From: an archaeon GW2011_AR15
GTDB taxonomy: Archaea; Nanobdellota; Nanobdellia; Woesearchaeales; GW2011-AR15
Assembly (NCBI GenBank): GCA_000830295.1
Contig: CP010425.1
Location: forward strand, 214,033-238,032
Direction of reading: 5' to 3'
DNA length: 24,000 nt
The position numbers and the translations under genes were made by a program. Position 1 is the first letter of the stretch, and every line of letters begins with the position of its first letter. A model generated the notes under the pieces. That model was given only the letters and a program-made list of their open reading frames with translations. It made no database searches and was not told the origin of the DNA. Of this stretch, positions 15,261-22,940 are shown in pieces.

Positions 15261-16451
15261 ATGAAACCAGATGATTTAGGATATAAAGAATCACTCATAT
15301 ACCGGCTGGACACATACGGGAACGACACGTTTGTCAAAGCCTCTGAATATTCATCTTCTTTTCCAAACACGCCTTACCAGCATGTAAGGCATTATGCAAC
15401 TTCCGGCTTTGAAGGCATACTAGCTGTCAGGGATGCCAATAATGAGTGGTATATCCTTACATTAGAAGAGAACCTTGACAGGATGCAGAAAACTATGAAG
15501 CAGCTGTTCCTTACCCAGCCAGAGGCTCTTGAAGCATCGCTGGAAGAAAAAAGAAAATTGTTTTCTGATATTCCGGGGGAGCCAGTAGCTTTGAAAGATG
15601 CTCCGCTGTTTCTTGACGCAAATAAAGACAAAATCAGGGAAGCCATCATGGAGACACTGAAGATAAATGCAGAAAAAGGCTATCTTGACCTTGATGCAAA
15701 AGACGGGCTGATCTACATAAGGCCCAATTTCTACAGGGACCATAAGCTGGATGAAAACGGGAATCTTGTTCCCGGGCTTGGCGTTGCCTCACTTAGCCAC
15801 CATGCTGTGCTGGAGATAATGGTGCAGAACGTACCTAATTACCTTGCGAGCGCTCCGAAGTCAGGGGCCCGCATTCTTGTATATGATGAAGAACTGCACA
15901 GGAGAGTCATAGGGCTTCCTCCCTCAGATACGCCCCATCTGGGCTTCTCAGGCATGTCGAGGAAAGCAAAGCTTGGGGCAAACTACGGCGCCGGTGGAAT
16001 GGTGAAGAACCTTGCCAATCTGCTTGGCTTTGATGAGGGCCTGCTTACTGATCATGACAGGAATGTGCTGGAAGGAGGAGGGGAAAACGCTTTCATGATA
16101 AAAGACAACAAAGTATACACCCCTCCGTTAACCCAGGCAATACTACCGGGGACCAAAAGGAACCTGGTGATAAAAATAACAAGGGCGCTGGGATATGAAC
16201 TAATAGAAAAGAAAATTCCTCTTGAGGATTTCATAAACGCTGATGCAGCTGCATTTTCTGGAACATGGACAGGGTTTGAGCCTCTCGGAAGCGTGGTGAA
16301 CTGGAATCCAAAGATGGAGAGCAACTACCGGCCGCACAGGATTTTCGGAAATGTAAGTGAACAGTATTCAAATTATCTTCAAGGGTATCCTCTTGACTCC
16401 CGCCTTGAAAAAGTGCTTCCTGAAAAGGCCCATATTGACTTCAGCAGATAG
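15261..16451 (+). CDS. Divergent, expanded class IV (BCAT/DAAT-fold) PLP-dependent aminotransferase-like protein
   Basis: The N-terminal HVRHYATSGFEGILA corresponds to the HxLHYGxxxFEG motif. A candidate PLP lysine lies in RKAKLGANYG. The C-terminal EGGGENAFMIKDNKVYTPPL..ILPGTKR......A..LGYELIEKKI..EDF..ADAAAFSGT is also typical. At 396 aa it is about 90 aa longer than typical members. Confidence 0.65.
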   Translation: MKPDDLGYKESLIYRLDTYGNDTFVKASEYSSSFPNTPYQHVRHYATSGFEGILAVRDANNEWYILTLEENLDRMQKTMKQLFLTQPEALEASLEEKRKLFSDIPGEPVALKDAPLFLDANKDKIREAIMETLKINAEKGYLDLDAKDGLIYIRPNFYRDHKLDENGNLVPGLGVASLSHHAVLEIMVQNVPNYLASAPKSGARILVYDEELHRRVIGLPPSDTPHLGFSGMSRKAKLGANYGAGGMVKNLANLLGFDEGLLTDHDRNVLEGGGENAFMIKDNKVYTPPLTQAILPGTKRNLVIKITRALGYELIEKKIPLEDFINADAAAFSGTWTGFEPLGSVVNWNPKMESNYRPHRIFGNVSEQYSNYLQGYPLDSRLEKVLPEKAHIDFSR

Positions 16452-16483
16452 GTTTTTATAAGACTGCTGGTTAACTTCTTATT

Positions 16484-17728
16484 ATGGATTTTTTGGACAA
16501 AATAAAACAGGATTTGCGTCCGGATACTTCAGCGCTTGTTGAAATAGGGATATTTGTAAAAGAGATAAACAAAGAAATTAAAAAAAGCAGGATAAAAGCC
16601 TCCTGTGTTGCAGGCGGCAGTGTTGCAAAAGGCACATTCCTGAAAGGCGATTTTGATGTTGACCTGTTTGTTAAATTTGATTACTCATACAAAGATAAGG
16701 ATATATCAAAGCTGCTCAAAAAAATTCTCAGGAAATTCAGGCCGGTAACTCTCCACGGCTCAAGGGATTATTACCAGATAAGGCATGACAGCCTGAATTA
16801 CGAGATTGTCCCTGTCCTGAATATAAAGAACCCTGAAAAAGCCCTCAATGTAACTGACATGAGCTTCATACATGTTGACTGGGTAAAGAAAAAGCTGAAA
16901 AAAGGGCAGGAGGATGAGATAAGATTAACTAAGAAATTCTGCAAAGTCATTGGGGTCTATGGTGCCGAATCATATATACAGGGATTCTCTGGGCATGTTA
17001 TTGACATCCTGATAGTGCATTACGGCTCTTTCCTCAATTTGCTGAAAGCCTCCCAGAAATGGAAGCCTAAATTAGTTATAGATGCAAAAAAGCACTACAA
17101 AAATTCCGCTGATGTGAAGTTCAACATCAACAAGTCAAAGCTGGAAGGGCCAATGATTGTTGTTGACCCTATACTGAAAACAAGGAACGCTGCCTCTGCT
17201 GTTTCCATGGAGAAATTTGAGCTGTTCAGGAAAAAAACAAAGGAATTCCTGAAAAAGCCGTCTGAGGAATTTTTTGTTGAAAAAAAGATAAGTGTGGAGT
17301 ATCTAAAATCGAAGTACAGGAAGCATCTTGTTGTGCTGAAACTAAAAGCAGGAAAAGGCAAGCCAGATGTCATCGGCAGCAGGATACTGAAAGCATTCAG
17401 GTTCATGGAATCAGAGCTGGCAAAAAAAGGGTTTGAAATAAAAAAAAGCGGGTGGCACTGGGACAAAAAGCAAAATGCGCTTGCGTGGTTTGTATTTGAA
17501 AATGCTGTCCTGCCTGAAACAAGAATTGCTGAAGGCCCCCCTCTCGAGATGAAAAAGGCATGCAGCGGCTTCAAAAAAGAGCATAAGAAAACTTTTGAGA
17601 AAAAAGGCAGGCTATGGGCGGAAATCAAAATAGAAAAGAGGGGGATTAAAAAGAATATAGAGGAGATTTCAAGGAAAAAATACTTCAGTGAAAAGATTGG
17701 ACTTGAAGCTATAGAAAAGTATTTATAA
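16484..17728 (+). CDS. cca: CCA-adding enzyme (archaeal class I tRNA nucleotidyltransferase)
   Basis: It has the VAGGSVAKGTFLKGDFDVDLFVKF nucleotidyltransferase motif and the downstream HVDW / GAESYIQGFSGHVIDILIVHYGSF region typical of archaeal Cca. 414 aa. Confidence 0.85.
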   Translation: MDFLDKIKQDLRPDTSALVEIGIFVKEINKEIKKSRIKASCVAGGSVAKGTFLKGDFDVDLFVKFDYSYKDKDISKLLKKILRKFRPVTLHGSRDYYQIRHDSLNYEIVPVLNIKNPEKALNVTDMSFIHVDWVKKKLKKGQEDEIRLTKKFCKVIGVYGAESYIQGFSGHVIDILIVHYGSFLNLLKASQKWKPKLVIDAKKHYKNSADVKFNINKSKLEGPMIVVDPILKTRNAASAVSMEKFELFRKKTKEFLKKPSEEFFVEKKISVEYLKSKYRKHLVVLKLKAGKGKPDVIGSRILKAFRFMESELAKKGFEIKKSGWHWDKKQNALAWFVFENAVLPETRIAEGPPLEMKKACSGFKKEHKKTFEKKGRLWAEIKIEKRGIKKNIEEISRKKYFSEKIGLEAIEKYL

Positions 17729-17750
17729 GTTATATTCTCTTCTCTTTATT

Positions 17751-18011
17751 ATGAAAAGATACATTGTTTTGATCTCGCTTGTCTTTCTGATTGCTGTTAT
17801 TTCCGGATGTGCAACAGATGGGAACTATTCTAATGAAAATAATGGGGCAGACACTAATGAAACTGCACAGGACGGGAAATGTTCGCCAAATAACGATATA
17901 GTCTGCACCATGGAGTACAACCCTGTATGCTGCAACGGCAAAACATACAGCAATTCCTGCGTTGCAAGGGCAAACTGCGCTACAGATTGTGTGGCTGGGG
18001 AATGTAGCTAG
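17751..18011 (+). CDS. Secreted lipoprotein with a Kazal-like serine-protease-inhibitor core
   Basis: The signal peptide ends in a lipobox-like ISGC (Cys20). The mature part, C44-x7-C52-TMEYNPV-C60-CNGKTY-SNS-C70, reproduces the Cys spacing and the CT(L/M)EY.P.C...KTY.N.C signature of Kazal domains. There are 8 Cys in the mature part. Confidence 0.7.
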   Translation: MKRYIVLISLVFLIAVISGCATDGNYSNENNGADTNETAQDGKCSPNNDIVCTMEYNPVCCNGKTYSNSCVARANCATDCVAGECS

Positions 18012-18049
18012 GAAAATATTATAAACTCCATATTGTTTAATTTTCTCTG

Positions 18050-18706
18050 ATGTTTTCAGAACTTACTGCATGGATTCTTGAGGGAATAAGGACGCATGGG
18101 CTCCTTGCTGTCATAATCGGCGTTGCAATTGAGACAATAATCATCCCCATACCCAGCCCCCTCATTGTGATGGCTGCAGGCTACGTCCTGATACCGCAGG
18201 GAGCACTGATGGCTGTGCTCTGGAACGCTCTCTGGATTGCTGTTGTCGCAGGGCTGGCGCAGACAATAGGAAGCTACTTCCTGTTCTTCATAGGCTATTA
18301 CGGCGGAAAGCCGATAATCGAAAAATATGAGAAGTGGCATGGCGTGTCATGGAAGGAAATAAAGGGATTCCAGAAAAAATTCAGCAGGGGAGGAAAAGAA
18401 GACATAACTTTATTTACAATGAGGCTGCTGCCTATAATGCCTCTCTCTGTAATCTCCGGGGTTGCCGGCATCATGAAATATGACGTAAAAAGATACTCAG
18501 CAATGACCTTTCTTGGAGTAGTCCCAAGAAATATCTTTCTCGCGCTGCTCGGCTACAATTTCGGGGAAGTTTACACTCTTATCGCAGGCAGGATAGACCA
18601 TGCAGAAACAATAATGACTGTGGTTCTTGTCTTGATTATCATTGCTTATGTTGCAGGAAAAAAAACAGGATATATAGATAAAGTAAGGAAAAACCTTTTA
18701 AAGTAG
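18050..18706 (+). CDS. DedA/SNARE-associated (VTT-domain) membrane protein
   Basis: 218 aa. It has AIETIIIPIPSPLIVMAAG, the YFLFFIGYYGGKPIIEKY motif, and RLLPIMPLSVISGVAGIMKY....F..LGVVPRN, all typical of the DedA family. Confidence 0.8.
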   Translation: MFSELTAWILEGIRTHGLLAVIIGVAIETIIIPIPSPLIVMAAGYVLIPQGALMAVLWNALWIAVVAGLAQTIGSYFLFFIGYYGGKPIIEKYEKWHGVSWKEIKGFQKKFSRGGKEDITLFTMRLLPIMPLSVISGVAGIMKYDVKRYSAMTFLGVVPRNIFLALLGYNFGEVYTLIAGRIDHAETIMTVVLVLIIIAYVAGKKTGYIDKVRKNLLK

Positions 18707-18724
18707 AGCAATTCAAAAATATAC

Positions 18725-19330
18725 ATGGCAGAGTTCAAGGGCTATATGGTAAGAAGAAAAGTAGTGCATTTCCTGCTTGGAATAGCTTTTGTAATCTTTA
18801 TCAATTCCGGGATTATCAACTACAAACAGGACCTGATACTTATCCTGCTATGCGGCCTGATACTTGCCTTCATTGCAAGCTGGTACATAAAGGTCAGGAG
18901 GCCAAAGCATCTCATTAATCTTCTTGCCCTATTCGACAAGCCAGAAGATCTTGCAAGCTTTCCGGCAAAAGGGGCCGTATTCTACATTCTCGGCGTGTTG
19001 ATGTCTGTGTCGCTGTTTGACAAAGATATAGCCTCAGCATCAATAATGATACTGACAATAGGGGATCCTGCAGCCCATGTAATAGGAAACTATTACGGGA
19101 AAACAAAGACCGTAATCAATGAAAAGAAACTGCTTGAGGGGACTCTTGCAGGCACTCTTGCCGGTGCGGTTGCCGCCATGTTTTTCGTGCCCCTTCCAAT
19201 TGCCTTCTTCGGCAGCGCTTTCGGCATGATGGCAGAAGCTGTTGAAGTTGAAGTGTTCAACCTGGATGATAATTTCTTCATACCCTTTGTCTCAGGGCTT
19301 GTGATGAGCCTTATCTCACTGCTAATTTAG
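18725..19330 (+). CDS. Polyprenol (dolichol) kinase / CTP-dependent cytidylyltransferase-family membrane protein
   Basis: 201 aa, polytopic. The motif GDPAAHVIGNYYGKTK....KKLLEGTLAG resembles the COG0170 dolichol/phytol-kinase type. It starts 18 nt after the DedA gene. Confidence 0.55.
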   Translation: MAEFKGYMVRRKVVHFLLGIAFVIFINSGIINYKQDLILILLCGLILAFIASWYIKVRRPKHLINLLALFDKPEDLASFPAKGAVFYILGVLMSVSLFDKDIASASIMILTIGDPAAHVIGNYYGKTKTVINEKKLLEGTLAGTLAGAVAAMFFVPLPIAFFGSAFGMMAEAVEVEVFNLDDNFFIPFVSGLVMSLISLLI

Positions 19331-19948
19331 CAGTGCAAGAAGCTCCCTTGGGCTGTCGACAATTATATCCGCATCCTTCAGCCTGTTCTTGTGGTGGAAT
19401 CCGTATGTAACTGCAACTGTCTTTACTTTCGCAGCCCTGCCTGCTATTATGTCCCCGTCCATATCCCCGATATAGATGGCTTCTTCCGGGCTTACATCAA
19501 ATTTTTTCAGGCATTTCAATAACAAATCCGGCTTCGGCTTCAGCTCCCCGTCATCCTCCGCGAAGTATCCGTTGAAATATCCTGACAGCTTGTATTTCCC
19601 AAGCCTGTAGTTAAGCTCTGATTTGAAATTATTGGTGACAACGGCCAGCTTATATCTGGCAGAAAGCGCCTTAATGGCTTCTGGAATGCCGGGATACGGT
19701 TTTATGAGGGGGCTGTATTTTTTCAGGCCGGCCTTGAATATCCTGATGTTCCTCTCTATCTGCTCTTCTGTCACAATATTAAGCTTTCTTAATGTCTCTC
19801 TCCAGTCCAGTTCAAGAAGCTCTCTTAAGTATGCGTCATCATCAGGAATTTTGACCTTGAATTCTTCTCCGAGCTCTTTGTATATCTTTCTTGTGAAGGC
19901 AAAAGTATCCATTATCACGCCGTCATAATCAAACATTACAAGCTTCAT
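19322..19948 (-). CDS. HAD-superfamily hydrolase (phosphoglycolate phosphatase-like)
   Basis: Motif I is MFDYDGVIMDT, motif II is VVTNN, and motifs III/IV are K.KPDLLL....GDMDGDIIAGRAA. The likely start is the ATG at 19948 (MKLVMFDYDG). The ORF-track start at 20005 adds 19 aa. Confidence 0.8.
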   Translation of the reverse strand: MKLVMFDYDGVIMDTFAFTRKIYKELGEEFKVKIPDDDAYLRELLELDWRETLRKLNIVTEEQIERNIRIFKAGLKKYSPLIKPYPGIPEAIKALSARYKLAVVTNNFKSELNYRLGKYKLSGYFNGYFAEDDGELKPKPDLLLKCLKKFDVSPEEAIYIGDMDGDIIAGRAAKVKTVAVTYGFHHKNRLKDADIIVDSPRELLALLN

Positions 19949-20040
19949 GAGGATTTGGATTGCTGCTTGATTTAAATAATTAGAGCCTCTATTTACTTTC
20001 TGCATAATTTAAATATAAGCTCATCCTATTTTGGGCTGGG

Positions 20041-20445
20041 ATGGTAACTTATGAATATGAAGGCCTGCAGCTTTTAAGGAGAAAACCTATAAAAAAAGGC
20101 ATAATAAGGCAGAAGTATGCTGGCAAGAACAGGAGTGAAAGTGTTGGAAATCTGGAAGCAGTATTGATTGGTGCATTCGGAGCAATTGCAAAAGAGTACA
20201 CAGGAAGAATTGACAGGCCTGCTTTTACAATAGGTGTGAGGGAAGCCGATTCAGAAGAGCCCTATTCTATCTGGAGAACAGGATTTGTGAACCATCCAGA
20301 GCACAACTCCATATACACTTCGCCTTTCGCTTCCAGGTATATCTCATTTGAAGGCTATGAGGTATTATTTAGTAAAATAGAATCTGCGAATGAGGTCTTG
20401 GAACTAAAACAATTATTCCATGAATATTTCAAGGCACAACCTTAA
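20041..20445 (+). CDS. Hypothetical protein (134 aa) with no recognised family
   Basis: An intact ORF with ordinary composition, immediately upstream of the L37Ae-RpoP-Pcc1-PfdB cluster and divergent from the HAD gene. Confidence 0.45.
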   Translation: MVTYEYEGLQLLRRKPIKKGIIRQKYAGKNRSESVGNLEAVLIGAFGAIAKEYTGRIDRPAFTIGVREADSEEPYSIWRTGFVNHPEHNSIYTSPFASRYISFEGYEVLFSKIESANEVLELKQLFHEYFKAQP

Positions 20446-20505
20446 TTCTCCAGGTCTTTATCTTAAGGCGTTAACTATTTAAACCCCTATAATTTCCAAG
20501 CCCTC

Positions 20506-20715
20506 ATGGCTAAAGACCTTCCCAAAAACGTGAAAAGGTTCGGTGCAAGGTATGGCAGGACCACAAGGCTCCAGTACGGAGCTATAGAAAGGACCCAGAG
20601 GGCCTTCCACAAGTGCCCATACTGCAACCAGAAGAAAGTAAAAAGGATTTCAGCAGGCATCTGGCTGTGCCAGAAATGCGGCTCAAAATTCACAGGGAAG
20701 GCCTATACTCTTTAA
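20506..20715 (+). CDS. rpl37ae: 50S ribosomal protein L37Ae (eL43)
   Basis: The sequence RFGARYGRTTR......E..Q...H.CPYC....VKR...GIW.C.KCG..F.G.AY is the zinc-ribbon signature of this family. 69 aa. Confidence 0.95.
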   Translation: MAKDLPKNVKRFGARYGRTTRLQYGAIERTQRAFHKCPYCNQKKVKRISAGIWLCQKCGSKFTGKAYTL

Positions 20716-20723
20716 TCAAGAAA

Positions 20724-20861
20724 ATGGTACTATACAAATGTTTCCAGTGCAACAAGGAAATAGAAGACTCAACCTTAAGGAAGAGAGTCAGGTGCATCTA
20801 CTGCGGTTCAAAGATGCTGTATAAGCCACGAACAACCACAACAAAAGTCAAGGCAAGATGA
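20724..20861 (+). CDS. rpoP: DNA-directed RNA polymerase subunit P (Rpo12)
   Basis: 45 aa starting at the internal ATG at 20724: MVLYKCFQCNKEI......VRCIYCGSKMLYKPR (CxxC...CxxC). It occupies the conserved position after L37Ae. Its stop overlaps the next start (ATGA). Confidence 0.85.
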   Translation: MVLYKCFQCNKEIEDSTLRKRVRCIYCGSKMLYKPRTTTTKVKAR

Positions 20862-21076
20862 TAACTTGCACGCTTGAGATAAGCGAAAATGTCGGGGAGT
20901 TATACAAAGTTTTCCTGTCTGAAAAGCTGCAGTCGGACCGCGCGAGCTGCAGAATGACAAAGGGGAGGACACTGAAATTCGAGATAGAGGCAAAGGACCC
21001 TGTCAGCATGAGGGCATTCACAAATTCGATTCTGAGAATAATTGAGACACATGAAAAAATTTCAAGGGTAAAATGA
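20858..21076 (+). CDS. pcc1: KEOPS complex subunit Pcc1-like protein
   Basis: 72 aa. LKFEIEAKDPVSMRAFTNSILRIIE resembles the archaeal Pcc1 pattern (I.A.D.SALR...NS.LR.I). It has ATGA overlaps with both neighbouring genes. Confidence 0.6.
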   Translation: MITCTLEISENVGELYKVFLSEKLQSDRASCRMTKGRTLKFEIEAKDPVSMRAFTNSILRIIETHEKISRVK

Positions 21077-21393
21077 ACAAGGAAACAAAGGAAAAGCTGG
21101 AGCAGCTGCAGAATCTGGAGCAGAACATCAATTCTATTTTATCACAGAGGCAGCAGTTCCAGTCCCAGCAGCTTGAAATAGAAAATGCGATGGAGCAGGT
21201 AAAGGATACTGAAAAGGTTTTCAGGATAATAGGGAACATAATGGTTGCCTCAAAGAAAGAAGAGGTCAAAAAGGAGCTTAGGGAAAAGCTGGATATTGTT
21301 GAGCTGAGGCTGAAGACTCTGGAAAAACAGGAAGCAAAATTCCGCGAGAAAGCATCTGAACTGCAGAAGGATGTTATGAAGGAGATAAAGTGA
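21073..21393 (+). CDS. pfdB: Prefoldin beta subunit
   Basis: 106 aa. Two heptad coiled-coil arms flank a central VFRIIGNIMV beta-hairpin segment. It occupies the conserved position after RpoP/Pcc1. Confidence 0.85.
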   Translation: MNKETKEKLEQLQNLEQNINSILSQRQQFQSQQLEIENAMEQVKDTEKVFRIIGNIMVASKKEEVKKELREKLDIVELRLKTLEKQEAKFREKASELQKDVMKEIK

Positions 21394-21399
21394 TGGAAG

Positions 21400-21642
21400 A
21401 TGTCAGAGCTGGAAGAGATTACAGAAATTCTACAGGAACTGCTGGATGATACCACAGTGCCTAAAAATGTCAAGACAAAGATTCAGCAGATAATTGATTC
21501 CCTCAACCAGAAGACTGAGCTTTCTCTGAGAGTCAACAAGGCGCTGAGCCTGCTGGATGAAATATCTGACGACAACAACATACAGCCTTACACAAGAACC
21601 CAGATATGGAATGTTGCTTCAATACTAGAATCCATTAATTAG
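21400..21642 (+). CDS. UPF0147-family small helical protein
   Basis: 80 aa. The sequence TVPKNVK...Q..I..L.......R...A.SLLDEISDDNNIQPYTRTQIWNV.S.LE matches my memory of the UPF0147 family, which often sits next to prefoldin genes. Confidence 0.65.
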   Translation: MSELEEITEILQELLDDTTVPKNVKTKIQQIIDSLNQKTELSLRVNKALSLLDEISDDNNIQPYTRTQIWNVASILESIN

Positions 21643-22225
21643 GCTTTTCAGGAGATTTTGGTGCTCTCTTCTTTATCCTAATGCTTGACTTCACGACAGT
21701 AGCATTAGGGATGTATATTATATCGCCTGACTTGGTTCTTATTTTCACCTGGAAAAGATCAACATTCTCTATCTCCCCTTTTATTCCAGCTATCTCAACA
21801 TGTGCCCCTTCTTTAAGTCCTTCTTTCCTGTAGAGCAATGTGCCTGCTATGAGGTTCGGGATGAAATCCCTGACTGCAAGGAAAAAAGACACTGCTATGA
21901 CTATCGTCAGCAGGACAGACAGCATATAGACTATATAGCCTGCAACCCCAAGCTGGTCGAGCGCAGCTATGAATGCGATAAAATAGATTATGTATGCCAG
22001 CACTGAGCTTATGAAACTGTCAGCATTGATTTTAAGTCCTGTGTACTCCCTGATTATCTTATTCAGCTCAACTTCGCTAAGCGCCTTGTATGCAAACCTT
22101 TCAACAATCTTACCTATTATCAGCCCGAATATAAATGTAAGGACTGCGAGGGCTATCGTTATCAGCGTAGCGTTGACTACTGAAAGTGCGCCTCTGAGGT
22201 CTGCAAATGGTATCTGGAATATCAT
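21635..22225 (-). CDS. Short MscS-family mechanosensitive channel-like protein
   Basis: 196 aa with three hydrophobic helices. These are followed by an MscS-type pore-helix/beta-domain segment (FIPNLIAGTLLYRKEGLKEGAHVEIAGIKGEIENVDLFQVKIRTKSGDIIYIPNATV). The protein ends right after this segment. Confidence 0.65.
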   Translation of the reverse strand: MIFQIPFADLRGALSVVNATLITIALAVLTFIFGLIIGKIVERFAYKALSEVELNKIIREYTGLKINADSFISSVLAYIIYFIAFIAALDQLGVAGYIVYMLSVLLTIVIAVSFFLAVRDFIPNLIAGTLLYRKEGLKEGAHVEIAGIKGEIENVDLFQVKIRTKSGDIIYIPNATVVKSSIRIKKRAPKSPEKPN

Positions 22226-22247
22226 TTTAGATTAGGGATATTTCATC

Positions 22248-22886
22248 TTATTTATTTTTATCTGTTCTGAGGGGGACAAACATGAAAGAGCCATGGTTCT
22301 CCCCTATTAGCTCACTCCCTTTTTTTCTTATTTTTATCATTGCCTGGCCTGTGTGCTGCTCGCCGAGGGGGAAAACAAGTATGCCTGTGCCCTTAAGCTG
22401 CTCTATCCATTCCTGCTTTAATTCAGGAGCAGCCGCAGTAACTATGATCCTGTCATACGGCGCTTCTTTTGCATATCCCCTGCTGCCGTCTGCCTCCACT
22501 ACTGCCACGTTCTTTATGCTTGCTTTTTCAAGATTCTTTGCTGCGGTTTCTGCAAGCTCAGGAATTATCTCAGTAGCTGTTATCTTTCCTTCTTTTCCTA
22601 CAATCGTTGACATCACAGCGGCATTATAGCCGCTCCCCGCACCTACTTCAAGCACTTTAAGGCCTTTTTTCAGCTCAAGCAGCTCAATCATGAAGGCAAC
22701 TGTGTACGGCTGGCTTATTGTCTGGCCATGCCCTATGTAGAGGGGATAGTTTGCATAAGCCTCTTCCATATATCCCCGGGGGATGAACAATTCTCTTTTT
22801 GTCTTTCCCACAGCATCAAGGACTTTCCTGTCTTTTATGCCCATCCCGATGAGCTCTTTAACCAGGCTTTCTTTTGTGTATGCCAT
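22248..22886 (-). CDS. pcm: Protein-L-isoaspartate O-methyltransferase
   Basis: It has GHGQTISQPYTVAFMIELLEL, the SAM motif VLEVGAGSGYNAAVM, and YDRIIVTAAAP. 212 aa. Confidence 0.9.
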   Translation of the reverse strand: MAYTKESLVKELIGMGIKDRKVLDAVGKTKRELFIPRGYMEEAYANYPLYIGHGQTISQPYTVAFMIELLELKKGLKVLEVGAGSGYNAAVMSTIVGKEGKITATEIIPELAETAAKNLEKASIKNVAVVEADGSRGYAKEAPYDRIIVTAAAPELKQEWIEQLKGTGILVFPLGEQHTGQAMIKIRKKGSELIGENHGSFMFVPLRTDKNK

Positions 22887-22940
22887 ATACCCAGGTAATC
22901 AGTAAAAACATATAAATACTTTCTTGGATTTTCCAGAGCC

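Noticed and set aside
17095-17628. Long antisense ORFs inside well-supported genes: 177 aa opposite cca here, 151 aa at 21018-21473 opposite pcc1/pfdB/UPF0147, 173 aa at 13658-14179 opposite gyrB, and 112 aa at 1872-2210.
   Set aside because: Their products are Ser/Phe/Leu-rich low complexity with no motifs. They are the expected stop-free shadows of Lys/Glu-rich (AAR/GAR) sense codons, and the sense-strand genes have unambiguous family signatures.
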